A DNA stretch of 53,642 bases from Jatrophihabitantaceae bacterium. Lineage in GTDB: Bacteria; Actinomycetota; Actinomycetes; Mycobacteriales; Jatrophihabitantaceae. A program made the position numbers and the translations under genes. Shown piece by piece: positions 33,228 through 42,326 of the stretch. Each line of letters opens with the position of its first letter. The stretch's first letter is position 1. Where the stretch lies: contig DAITQD010000001.1 in assembly GCA_036833255.1 (NCBI GenBank), positions 1 to 53,642 on the forward strand. Reading direction: 5' to 3'. Under the pieces are notes generated by a model that worked only from the letters and a program-made list of their open reading frames with translations, made no database searches and was not told the origin of the DNA.

Positions 33228-33274
33228 GCTGGCAGTGTGGGGGTCAGGGGTTCGAGTCCCCTCAGTTCCACCCA
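33228..33274 (+). repeat. att-like direct repeat DR2 (second copy of the tRNA/tmRNA-like 3' end)
   Basis: 46/47 identical to 2921-2967 (C to T in the acceptor strand, CAGTTCC), in the same orientation, 30,307 bp away. Confidence 0.7.
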
Positions 33275-33329
33275 GAGGCGCCCGTAATAGCAGGGTTCTA
33301 TGCGAATCTCACCCAAATAGTGATCGGTT

Positions 33330-33349
33330 GATTTGACCCCGTGACCCTC
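33330..33349 (+). repeat. Second copy of the TTGACC-rich 20-mer (GATTTGACCCCGTGACCCTC)
   Basis: 19/20 identical to 2782-2801, but located downstream of DR2, whereas the first copy is upstream of DR1. Confidence 0.45.
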
Positions 33350-33423
33350 ATTTGACCGTTCAAGTGGTCGCCACAATGTTGTGTGGTGTGCAGTGTTCAA
33401 CCCGGGTGCGGATCCATCCGCAC

Positions 33424-33476
33424 GGCTCCAATGGCTTTTAGCCTGGCCACCAGCCCGGTCAAAAGCCATTGGAGCC
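33424..33476. other. 16-bp perfect inverted repeat with a 21-nt spacer
   Basis: GGCTCCAATGGCTTTT (33424-33439) ... AAAAGCCATTGGAGCC (33461-33476), in a lower-GC spacer about 50 nt upstream of the phd/yefM-like gene. Confidence 0.4.
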
Positions 33477-33524
33477 AACAGAGCCACAGTGGTTTTTGCC
33501 CATAGTTCTGGCTAGGATAGGGGT

Positions 33525-33794
33525 ATGACTGCTGTACCGCTGGGCGAGGCCCGCGACCGGCTCTCGGAGTATGTCGCCAATGTCGAGCGCACCCACGAAC
33601 GGGTCACGATCACACGACATGGCCACCCGGCCGCCGTCCTGATCTCTGCCGATGACCTCGCCTCCATCGAGGAAACCCTAGAGATTCTCGGTACCCCAGG
33701 CGCGGCGCAGGCGATCCGGGAAGGTCAGGCCGACGCGGCAGCCAATCGATTTGCCGACAACGACGAGATCAAGGCCCGCTACGGGGTCGCGTGA
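33525..33794 (+). CDS. Phd/YefM-family antitoxin
   Basis: MTAVPLGEARDRLSEYVANVERTHERVTITRHGHPAAVLISADDLASIEETLEIL is canonical. Confidence 0.9.
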   Translation: MTAVPLGEARDRLSEYVANVERTHERVTITRHGHPAAVLISADDLASIEETLEILGTPGAAQAIREGQADAAANRFADNDEIKARYGVA

Positions 33795-34057
33795 GCGAGC
33801 CGTACCAGGTTCAGCTCACCGCTCGTGCCGCCCGGGACCTACAGCGACTGCCCGAGAAGATCGCGACGGCCTGCGCCGAATTCGTGTTCGGCCCGCTCGT
33901 CGAGAACCCCTGGCGGGTCGGCAAACCCCTACGTGATGAGTTGGTTGGCCTGCACTCTGCCCGCCGCGGCGACTACCGGGTCGTCTACGCCATCGTCGAT
34001 GGCACACGTCGAATAGAGATCGTGCACATCGACCGGCGCAGCGACGTCTACCGATAG
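33791..34057 (+). CDS. RelE/ParE-family toxin
   Basis: A GTGA overlap joins it to the antitoxin. ...LRDELVGLHSARRGDYRVVYAIVDGTRRIEIVHIDRRSDVYR. Confidence 0.9.
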   Translation: MSEPYQVQLTARAARDLQRLPEKIATACAEFVFGPLVENPWRVGKPLRDELVGLHSARRGDYRVVYAIVDGTRRIEIVHIDRRSDVYR

Positions 34058-34362
34058 CGACGCCGGCGAGACCGCTTTCACCATCGGGTGCGTCAAGACG
34101 GTGGTGTCGTCGCGGGCTGGAGAAGGTAGGGCACGATCTGGTGCTCTCTGGCGCCGATGGCCGTCCATACGGCAAGCGCGAACTGGCCACCCGGAGCACA
34201 CGAACGTGGCTAGCACCAGGCGCGACATAGTTCTGCTGCAATACGAGATGCACCCTCGGCGCCGACGCGGGAGGTCACATCGAGCAGGACCGCGTCTGGC
34301 GACGTAACTTCGGTCTAAGTCCCGCTCGTCGCGCAGCAGAGCATGGACTTGGGAGACACGTC

Positions 34363-37300
34363 CTAGCCGGCGCAGTGCAGCTCTGCGCCGGCCCAGTCCC
34401 CGTTGTCGTGGCCGTTGCCGTCGCCGGCGTCGCCGACCTGCAGGGTGAGCAGATGGACGCCGGTGACGTCGACGGCCAAGTGCTTCGCCGCCTGGGTTCC
34501 CGTCATGACACCGGTGCTGGCCACCGACTGCCCGTCGGCGAGCACGGTGAAGATCACCGTCCCCTTGCCGCCGCCGCTGTCGTCGATGCCAACGTCGCTC
34601 GTGAACGAGGTGCACGTCCCGCCGAGGTCGACGACGACGCTGCTGATCGAGTTCGTGCCGAGCCCCTTCGCGTACGTCACGCCCCGGATGGTGATCGGGC
34701 CACCGTCGCCGGAGCCGCTGCCGCCGACGTTCATGTCCCGCTCCACCGGGCCGTAGCCGTTGGTGGCGGAGACGAACGGCAGGTCGCTGACGTAGAGATC
34801 CCCGGTCCGCCGGACCTGCACCGTGAGGGTGGCGCCGGTGCTGCCCGGCACCCCGTCCTGTTCGTACGTCGCCGTCGCGGCCAGCTGGTAGTTGCCGGTC
34901 GCCGTGTCCGGGGGAACGGTGACGTCCCACTTCAGCGGTTGCGACGCCCCCGGGGCCAGGGACGGCGCGATAACCGGGTCGCTCGGTTCGACCGTCCAGC
35001 CCGCCGGCGCGTGCAGGGTGGCCGCCACGTCGCTCGCCGCGCCGCCGGCGTCGTTGCGCACGGCGCTGGTCACCGTGATGACGTCACCGCTGCGCGCCGG
35101 GCTGCCAGCATCGCTGGACAGGCGGTCGAGGCTGACGCGCGACGGAACCGCCGGGTCGCCCCACATCTGCGCGTTCCACGCCGGTGCGGAGTTCATCGCG
35201 ACCGGGACGCCGCCGCGGACGGTACCCAGGTCGGTCAGCTGGACGTTCTCCAGCCCGTTGCCTGCGCCGCCGTCGCTGGTCACCGCGATGGCCAGCGTGT
35301 TGTTGCCGCGCGGGTTCAGGATCCCGTTCGGCACCACGAACGTGTGCTGCGGCCCGACGTTGGCTATGTACTGCCCGACGGTCCATCCGTTGACGTAGAT
35401 CAGCGCCCGGTAGTTCGCCGCCGACTGGGGCGTCGCCGGATTGCCGATCGTGATGCCGAGGGAGGCGTCGTCGACCGACGGGATGTCGAGCGCGAACGTG
35501 GTGCGGTACCAGGACGTCCCCGCGGGCGCGCTGCTCGCCGGAACCGTCGCGGCGGACCACGACGTATCCGGGTAGCCGGGGAGGTTCCAGCCGTGCCCCT
35601 CGCCGTACAGGCCGCCGGCGTTGGTGACGCCGCGGGCGGTGTCGACGATGTCCTCACCGCCGGCGTTGCCCTGGATCTTCCAGGCAATCGACGTCGGCAC
35701 GGTGACGGACGAGGCGTCGCTCATCGTGGCGGAGATGAGTCCGCGCCCCTCCTTCTGCGCGTCGTTGACCCCGCCGTCCTCGTTGTGACCGTCGTTGCGC
35801 ACCATCACCGAAAGCACGTGCTGGCCGGTTCGCAACGCGGCCGGTATCGCGAACGTGGCGGTGCCGGTGGTGGCCGGCGAGGCGACCCCACTCGGCAGCA
35901 CGTCCTGCCCGAGGTAGGTGCCGTCCAGCCAGGCCTGGAGCAGGCCCGCTCCCCCGCCGCCGTAGCGCAGCGACAGCGTGGTGGCTGAGTTCGATCCGGT
36001 GTAGCGGCCGCGGTACCACACATCGCCCTGGTGGAAGCCGTAGTCGTCCGCGGTGAGCACGGGCTGACCGGTGGGCGGCTTCGTCGTGCTGTTGGTGCTC
36101 GTCTTGTCCGCGCTGGCCCATGTCGAGTCGTCGAAGCCGGGCGCGGCCTCCGGCGATTCCGGTGCCGAGCGCCAACTCGCGGCGCTCAGGTCGGGCAGCG
36201 AGATGGGTGCCGCGCCGGCGAGCTGCGCGGTGAGTGCCCGGCTGCCGTCCGCGCCAAGCGTCGTCGCGACGGCGGCGCCGTTCCACGTGACCGCGCGCAC
36301 CTGCGGCGGCGCCCAGACCTGCAGCGCGCTGGCCTTGTCGGTGTCGCCGGTGAGGGCGAGGGTCGTGCCGGTGACGATGGCGGTGCGCACCAGCTCCGGC
36401 CCGCGCTCGAGCACCGGCCCGGCCGCGGTGTCCTGCCGCCAGAACGTCCCCGCAGTGGTGTCGTCGGCGAGCAGCAGGGTGAGCTGCGGGCGGTTGCCGC
36501 CGTTGATATGCACCTCGGCCAGCCCGTTGTGGGTGTAGTCCAGTCGCAGGTCACCGGTGCTCGGGTCGTAGCTGCTGGTGACGTCGCCGGAGAGCACCGT
36601 GACGTGCGGGGCGTCGTCGTAGCGGAGCACGGTTTCGCCGTCCTCGCCGTCGCGGCCGTACAGCAGTGCGAGGTCCCTGCCCGCCTGCGTCAGGTGGGTC
36701 ATGATCTCCGACGTCGAGTACACGAGGTGCTGCCCGCCGAGGTCGTAGTCGGCCACCAGGGTCTTGGCGTCCTGGCCGTTGATCCGCAGCGTGCCGGCCT
36801 GCGGCACGGTGTAACTGCCGTCAGCCGTCGTGATCGGGAACGTGAACGCGTCGTTCGTCGTCGCGCTCGACGGGTTGTGCATCGCGGTGTAGAAGTGCGT
36901 GCCGGTGTCCGGGTTCACGTCGTTGTAGACCTTGATCGCCGCGGACGACGGCGTGACCGGATCCCCCTTGTCCACCTTGGTGATCGGCGTGACCGCCTGT
37001 AGGAACAGCCCCATCTCCTTCATTGCAGTGGCCTTCGGCCGGATCTGCCGCGCCTCGTCGAAGGCCGCGCCGTAGTCATAGGAGGTGTAGACGACGGGTG
37101 CCGGAAGCCAGCCCCACGAGGTGCCACCGAAGGTCATGTAGAAGTTCTGCAGGGTGAGGCCGTTCGCGATGTTCGTCTTGTAGAACACCCGCTCGTAGCC
37201 GGGCCCTTCGCGCACAGAGGTGCACTTGTACGTGCCCTGGCTGCCCCAGTAGTCGAACCAGCCGCCGCCGAACTCGGCCACGAAGCCGGGCGTGTTCGGT

Positions 37301-38190
37301 GACGCGGTCGATCCGCCTTTCGCGCCGCCGGGACCCCAGATGCCCCAGTCCGGAGCAGTCGACGGGCTGCCCGGCGTCGCGTCGGTGTGGCATGTGCCAC
37401 CCGGGTAGCCGTCGAATGCGTACAGGTCGGTCGGACCGGTGACCGTGCCGGGGACGTTGGAACCTTGCGGTACCCAGATGCCGTTGCGGCCCTTGTCATT
37501 GTGGAAGATCGGCACGGTGATCCCGTCGGCGCGCACCTTGTCGTAGAGGTGCTGCATGTAGTTCTTCTGGGACGTTCCGGTGCTCGCCAGCTCGTTCTCG
37601 ATCTGGTACAGGATGACCGGGCCAGTGCCGTTGCTCAGCTGATGGCGCTGCAGGATGGAGTCGATGTGCGTCAGCCATTCATCCGCCGCCGCGAGGTAGT
37701 CCGGGGCGTCGGAGCGCGCCTTGCCGGCCTGGGTGGTCAGCCAGCCGGGGAAGCCGCCGGCACTCGTCTCGGCGTTGATGTACGGACCGGGTCGCGCGAT
37801 CACGTAGAGGCCGGCCTGCTGCGCGATGTCCAGCAGAGCATCCACGTCACGGACGCCGGTGAAGTCGTACACGCCCTGCTTGGGTGAGTGATACGCCCAG
37901 TCGAAGTAGATCGACACGGCGTTGTAGCCCTCTGCCTTGATCTTCTGGAGCATGTCGCGCCACAGGTCCTGGCTCGGCAGCCGCCAGTAGTGGAACTCGC
38001 CGGACCAGATGAACGTGCGCTGCCCGTCGATCATCAACGAGTACTTGTCGAACGTGATCGTGTGCACGGGTGCGGCGTCCGCGGTCGACGTACTCACTGG
38101 ACCGGCGACGGCGCTGAGTGTCGCGGCGACCACCGCGAGCACGGCGGTGAGTACGACGGTCCGGAAGGTGCGTCCCGGGCGATGGGTCAC
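34363..38190 (-). CDS. Secreted GH35 beta-galactosidase with accessory beta-sandwich domains and a C-terminal NPCBM module
   Basis: It has a signal peptide. ...IWSGEFHYWRLPSQDLWRDMLQKIKAEGYNAVSIYFDWAYHSPKQGVYDFTG...ARPGPYINAETSAGGFPGWL is the GH35 catalytic region. The C-terminal part YVSDLPFVSATNGYGPVERDMNVGG...DNGDWAGAELHC is NPCBM-like. Confidence 0.9.
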   Translation of the reverse strand: MTHRPGRTFRTVVLTAVLAVVAATLSAVAGPVSTSTADAAPVHTITFDKYSLMIDGQRTFIWSGEFHYWRLPSQDLWRDMLQKIKAEGYNAVSIYFDWAYHSPKQGVYDFTGVRDVDALLDIAQQAGLYVIARPGPYINAETSAGGFPGWLTTQAGKARSDAPDYLAAADEWLTHIDSILQRHQLSNGTGPVILYQIENELASTGTSQKNYMQHLYDKVRADGITVPIFHNDKGRNGIWVPQGSNVPGTVTGPTDLYAFDGYPGGTCHTDATPGSPSTAPDWGIWGPGGAKGGSTASPNTPGFVAEFGGGWFDYWGSQGTYKCTSVREGPGYERVFYKTNIANGLTLQNFYMTFGGTSWGWLPAPVVYTSYDYGAAFDEARQIRPKATAMKEMGLFLQAVTPITKVDKGDPVTPSSAAIKVYNDVNPDTGTHFYTAMHNPSSATTNDAFTFPITTADGSYTVPQAGTLRINGQDAKTLVADYDLGGQHLVYSTSEIMTHLTQAGRDLALLYGRDGEDGETVLRYDDAPHVTVLSGDVTSSYDPSTGDLRLDYTHNGLAEVHINGGNRPQLTLLLADDTTAGTFWRQDTAAGPVLERGPELVRTAIVTGTTLALTGDTDKASALQVWAPPQVRAVTWNGAAVATTLGADGSRALTAQLAGAAPISLPDLSAASWRSAPESPEAAPGFDDSTWASADKTSTNSTTKPPTGQPVLTADDYGFHQGDVWYRGRYTGSNSATTLSLRYGGGGAGLLQAWLDGTYLGQDVLPSGVASPATTGTATFAIPAALRTGQHVLSVMVRNDGHNEDGGVNDAQKEGRGLISATMSDASSVTVPTSIAWKIQGNAGGEDIVDTARGVTNAGGLYGEGHGWNLPGYPDTSWSAATVPASSAPAGTSWYRTTFALDIPSVDDASLGITIGNPATPQSAANYRALIYVNGWTVGQYIANVGPQHTFVVPNGILNPRGNNTLAIAVTSDGGAGNGLENVQLTDLGTVRGGVPVAMNSAPAWNAQMWGDPAVPSRVSLDRLSSDAGSPARSGDVITVTSAVRNDAGGAASDVAATLHAPAGWTVEPSDPVIAPSLAPGASQPLKWDVTVPPDTATGNYQLAATATYEQDGVPGSTGATLTVQVRRTGDLYVSDLPFVSATNGYGPVERDMNVGGSGSGDGGPITIRGVTYAKGLGTNSISSVVVDLGGTCTSFTSDVGIDDSGGGKGTVIFTVLADGQSVASTGVMTGTQAAKHLAVDVTGVHLLTLQVGDAGDGNGHDNGDWAGAELHCAG

Positions 38191-38206
38191 GAAGGTGGCC
38201 TTTCTC

Positions 38207-41200
38207 TCAGCTGCAGTGGAGTTGGGCGTCGGCCCAGTCGCCGTGGTCGTTGCCGTTGCCGTTGCCGCCGTCGCCGACCACCAGGTCCAGCAGTTGGGTG
38301 CCGGTGATGTCGACGTCGAGGCTCACCGACGCCGAGGATCCGGTCAGGACGGGCGTGGTGGTGAGCGTCTTGCCATCGGAGATCACGCTGAACGTCACCG
38401 ACCCGGCCGAGCCCTGCTCGTCGTCGACGCCGACAGTGGCGGTGAAGCGCGTGCAGTTCCCGCCGAGGTACAGCGTGACGTCACTGACGGCGTTCGTGCC
38501 GAGCCCGCTGGCGTAGACGACGCCGTTCAGCGTGATCGGCTTGCCGTCACCGGCCGCTTGCTCACCGTTGCTCGTGTTGCGCTCGACAGGCCCCCAGCCG
38601 TTGGTGGCGGAGAAGAACGGCAGCGAGCTGACCGCTATGTCGCCGGTTGGCACGGCGGGCAATGCGCGGACGTTACGCACGTCGGTGAGGTGCTGTTGCA
38701 CGTTGCGCTGCACGTAGTCCGCGCTCGCCGTCAGCTGCGAGACGGTGGGCAGCGAATCCGGAGCGGTGACCCGCCACGTCGCGGTGGCGACGCCGCCGGC
38801 CCGCACGATGTCCACAGTGGTCGGCGAGCTCGCCGCGGCCGTCCAGCCGGCGGGCACGTCGAGCGAGAGGTGGACGTTCGTCGCCGGCGGCGCATCGGCG
38901 GGCACCTGGAACGTGGCCGTGACGTCCGCCGTAGACCCGGGCGTCGCCGTGTCCGGGGCGGCCAGGCTCAGCGAGGCCTGGTGTGCGGCGGGCATCGCGT
39001 AGGTGGCCTGCTGGTAGCGCGGGGCATCGACGTTCGCCACCTGCAGCGGCGACGCCGACGTACCGAGCGACTTCAGCGACACGGTGCCCAGCCCGCCGGT
39101 GCTACCGTCGGTGTTCCACACCGCGATCGCGATCGTGTTGCTGCCGTTGGGGTTGAGGATGCCGTTCGGGATCGGGAAGTCGTGCTGCGGCCCCACGTCG
39201 TTGATGTAGCGGCCGAGCTGCCAACCGTTGACGAAGATGAGCGCGCGGTAGTGCCGGCCGGCGGCGTCGGTGATGTTCAACGCCACCGAGGTGTCCTGCC
39301 CCTTCGGCAGGTCGAGGGCAACGGTCGTGCGGTACCACGAGACGCCGGGCGTGGTGTCCGACGTTGGCAGCGTGACGTCCTGCCACGTCGTGTCCGGGTA
39401 GCCGGGCAGCGTCCAGCCGGCGCGCTCGCCGTACAGGCCGCCGGTGTTCATCGGGCCGCGGGCCGGGTCGATCAGATCCTCGCCGCCACGGCTGCCCTGG
39501 ATGCGCCAGCTGACCGACGTCAGCGGCGAGCCGGCCACAATCGCGCCGGTGAGCCCACGCGCCTCCTTGTTCGAGTCGTTGTGGTTGTAGTCCTCGTTGT
39601 GCCCGCTGTTCTCCACGAGCACTGAGATCTCATTGTCCACACCGACATGAACCGCGCCGGCGGGGAACGTGAACGTGTGCGTGCCGTCGCCACTGCTGCC
39701 GAGGAACGTGCCGTTCAACCACGCCGAGTACACCCCGGCCCGCCCGGTGATCGTGGCGAGCGTGATCCCGGTCGTGGCGGCGGTGGCCCGGAACCGGCCG
39801 CGGTACCAGACGTCGCCATGGTGGAAGCCGTAGTCGTCCGCGAACAGCACCGGCAGCGTGCTCGGGGTCGTCGTGCTGTTCGACGTCATCTTGTCGGCCA
39901 CCTGCCACGACGAGTCGTCGTAGCCCGGCTGCGCCTCGGGGGATTCCTCGGTGTGCTTCCAGTTCGTCAGCGCGGGGAGCGTGACGGGCTGGGCGCCGTT
40001 CAGCTGGGCGAGCGCCGATCCGCTGGCCGTCGCAACGGGGTGCAGCTCCTTGCCGTTCCAGGTGATCGCGGAGCTGGGCGCGGACCAGATCTCGACCGAT
40101 CCAGCCTGGGACGTGTCGCCGGTGAGGACGAGGGTGCCCGCGCTCGTCGCGGCCGTCCGCAGCAGCTGACTGCCGTAGACGAGCACCGGACCGCCGGAGG
40201 TCTGCTGCAGCCAGAACTTCGCCGCCTCCTGGTCGGTGCCCAGGAGCAGGAGCAGCGGTCGCGCGCCGCCGGTGATCAGCACCCGGGCCAGACCGGTGTG
40301 CGTGTAGTTCAGCCGCAGGTCGCCGCTCGCCTGGTCGTAGGTCGACGCGACGTTGCCGGCCAGCACGTGCACGGTCGGCTGAGCCTTGTAGTTGAGGACA
40401 GTCTCGCCATCCTGACCGCCGCGCCCGTACAGCACGGCGACGTCGGTGCCGTCAATCAGCTGGTTGGTGAGGATCTCCGAGGTGGAGTACTGCAGCTGCT
40501 GCGCGCCGAGCTGGTAGTTCGCGACGATGATCTTCGAGTCGCGGCCGGCGAACGTCAGCGCCGTACCCGGCTGCTGCGGCACCGTCGGGTAGTAGGTGGC
40601 ACCTGCGGGCGGCACGTCGACGGCGTCGACGGAGACGAACGTCCCGCTGGACGCGGCGTTCTTCTGCCCGGTGGCGACGATCTTGAGGGTGTGCGCCCCG
40701 TCCGTCAGGTTGCTCGCGGCGTACTCGATCTGCTGGTTGACGGTGCTCGCGGAGTAGCCGTCGACGGTGGCGACCTTCGCGCCGTCCAGGTAGACGTCCG
40801 CGACGCCGTGGTTGCCGGCCGTCGAGGCGATCCAGCGCACGCCGGTACCGGTGAACGGGATCGTCACGCTGTCACCTGCGGTGCTGGAGAACGACTCGGT
40901 CTGGTGGTACTCGCCGCTGGTGTATCCCGCCTCGGGCCCGACGTGCGACCACGAGCCGGTGTACTGCAGCGCGACGTCGGCGTCGTCGTAGGTGTAGGTC
41001 GAGCGCGCCCCGAGGTCGAGGGAGATGTGCGTGGAATTCGTGGCGGTGGACGTCGCGTCGGAATGCCGCAGTGTATGGAATTGCGTGCGGGTGTCCGGGT
41101 TGATGCGCGCGGTGTCGACGATCGCGGACGAGGTCGGCTTGCCGACGGCCAGCGCGTCGGTCTTGGTCAGCGGCGCCACGCTCTGCGTGAAGTACCCGAT

Positions 41201-42307
41201 GAGCTTGTCCTGGTCGTACTTGGTGCCGAGCTGGCGCCCTTCGGTGATCGGCGCGCCGTAGTCGTAGGACGTGTAGACCTGGCTCGGGTCGGCCTGCCAG
41301 CCCCACGACGTGCCGCCGTACGTCATGTAGAAGCTCTGCGCCGTGGCGCCGACGGCGATGTTCTGCTTGTAGAACACCGACTCGAAGTCCGGCCCGGTGA
41401 GCTGGCGGCACTTGTCGTAGCCGGGGCCGCCCCAGGGATCGAACGAGCCGCCCTGGAACTCCGGTGTGTACAGCGGCCGGCCCGAAGGGTGGTCGTAGGA
41501 GATGTCGGGGACGCCGCGCCACGACGTGGGGTTCGAGCAGTTGAAGCCCTGCGGGTAGGAGTCCGGGCCGTCGATGTTCAGCGCACCCGCGCCGCTGTTG
41601 AACGTGCCGTTGTTGTTACCGGTCAGGGGCACGGTGATGCCGTCGGCGCGGGCCTGGTTCTCCAGGTGGGTCATGTAGTCGCGAGCCTGCGCCGAGCTGT
41701 CGTAAAACTCGTTCTCGATCTGGTCCAGGATGACCGTGCCCGTGCCGGTGGTGAGTTGGTGCCTGGCCAGGATCTTGTTGATCCGATCCATCCACTGATC
41801 GGATGCGGCCAGGTAGGTCGGGTCGTTGCTCCGGTCCCGTCCGGGCATCGTCCCGAGCCACGCGGGGAAGCCGCCGCCGTCCACCTCGGCGTTGATGTAC
41901 GGGCCGGGGCGGGCGATGACGTAGATACCGACCTCGTTCGCGATGTCGAGGAGCTTGTCGACGTCGCGGACTCCGGTGAAGTCGTACACGCCGGGCTTGG
42001 GTGAGTGGTAGGCCCAGTCGAAGTAGATCGACGCGGCATTGAAGCCCGCGGCCTTCATCTTCTGCAGCACGTCGCGCCACAGGTCCGGGCTGGGCAGGCG
42101 GTAGTAGTGGAACTCCCCCGACCAGATGTAGGTGCGCTTGCCGTCGATCATCAGGGAGTAGCCGTCGTAGGTGACGGTGTGCGCCGCGGGTGCGGCGGCC
42201 GCCGCCGGGCTGGTCGGCCCGGCGACGGCGCTGAGGGTGGAGGCGACCACCGCGAGCACCGCGGTGAGGAGGACGGTCCGCAGGCTGCGCCCGAAGCGGT
42301 GCGTCAC
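38207..42307 (-). CDS. Secreted GH35 beta-galactosidase paralogue with a C-terminal NPCBM module
   Basis: The preferred start is GTG at 42307 (VTHRFGRSLRTVLLTAVLAVVASTLSAVAG, GAAGGGG RBS). The longer track ORF would overlap the upstream gene. It has the same GH35 core and NPCBM end (…DHGDWADAQLHC). Confidence 0.9.
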   Translation of the reverse strand: MTHRFGRSLRTVLLTAVLAVVASTLSAVAGPTSPAAAAAPAAHTVTYDGYSLMIDGKRTYIWSGEFHYYRLPSPDLWRDVLQKMKAAGFNAASIYFDWAYHSPKPGVYDFTGVRDVDKLLDIANEVGIYVIARPGPYINAEVDGGGFPAWLGTMPGRDRSNDPTYLAASDQWMDRINKILARHQLTTGTGTVILDQIENEFYDSSAQARDYMTHLENQARADGITVPLTGNNNGTFNSGAGALNIDGPDSYPQGFNCSNPTSWRGVPDISYDHPSGRPLYTPEFQGGSFDPWGGPGYDKCRQLTGPDFESVFYKQNIAVGATAQSFYMTYGGTSWGWQADPSQVYTSYDYGAPITEGRQLGTKYDQDKLIGYFTQSVAPLTKTDALAVGKPTSSAIVDTARINPDTRTQFHTLRHSDATSTATNSTHISLDLGARSTYTYDDADVALQYTGSWSHVGPEAGYTSGEYHQTESFSSTAGDSVTIPFTGTGVRWIASTAGNHGVADVYLDGAKVATVDGYSASTVNQQIEYAASNLTDGAHTLKIVATGQKNAASSGTFVSVDAVDVPPAGATYYPTVPQQPGTALTFAGRDSKIIVANYQLGAQQLQYSTSEILTNQLIDGTDVAVLYGRGGQDGETVLNYKAQPTVHVLAGNVASTYDQASGDLRLNYTHTGLARVLITGGARPLLLLLGTDQEAAKFWLQQTSGGPVLVYGSQLLRTAATSAGTLVLTGDTSQAGSVEIWSAPSSAITWNGKELHPVATASGSALAQLNGAQPVTLPALTNWKHTEESPEAQPGYDDSSWQVADKMTSNSTTTPSTLPVLFADDYGFHHGDVWYRGRFRATAATTGITLATITGRAGVYSAWLNGTFLGSSGDGTHTFTFPAGAVHVGVDNEISVLVENSGHNEDYNHNDSNKEARGLTGAIVAGSPLTSVSWRIQGSRGGEDLIDPARGPMNTGGLYGERAGWTLPGYPDTTWQDVTLPTSDTTPGVSWYRTTVALDLPKGQDTSVALNITDAAGRHYRALIFVNGWQLGRYINDVGPQHDFPIPNGILNPNGSNTIAIAVWNTDGSTGGLGTVSLKSLGTSASPLQVANVDAPRYQQATYAMPAAHQASLSLAAPDTATPGSTADVTATFQVPADAPPATNVHLSLDVPAGWTAAASSPTTVDIVRAGGVATATWRVTAPDSLPTVSQLTASADYVQRNVQQHLTDVRNVRALPAVPTGDIAVSSLPFFSATNGWGPVERNTSNGEQAAGDGKPITLNGVVYASGLGTNAVSDVTLYLGGNCTRFTATVGVDDEQGSAGSVTFSVISDGKTLTTTPVLTGSSASVSLDVDITGTQLLDLVVGDGGNGNGNDHGDWADAQLHCS

Positions 42308-42326
42308 GGTGGTTACCCCTTCTCGA

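Noticed and set aside
32882-33274. Possible full-length tmRNA gene ending at DR2. 32882 begins GGGGTTGA, which could pair with TCAGTTCC, and the length of ~390 nt is right.
   Set aside because: The conserved 5' GGTTTCGAC-type segment is missing. There is no plausible tag ORF ending in ...LAA-stop; the best candidate ends ALS-stop. The acceptor stem would need several G:U pairs. The GGGGTTGACTTGACC start is better explained as another TTGACC motif cluster. An Rfam tmRNA covariance-model scan would settle it.
33929-34930. 333-aa minus-strand ORF bridging the relE 3' end, the 34058-34362 spacer and the GH35 3' end.
   Set aside because: It has Arg/Gly/Pro-rich junk composition and overlaps two well-supported genes. 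The 34058-34362 spacer may hold a decayed gene remnant, but I could not recognise one.
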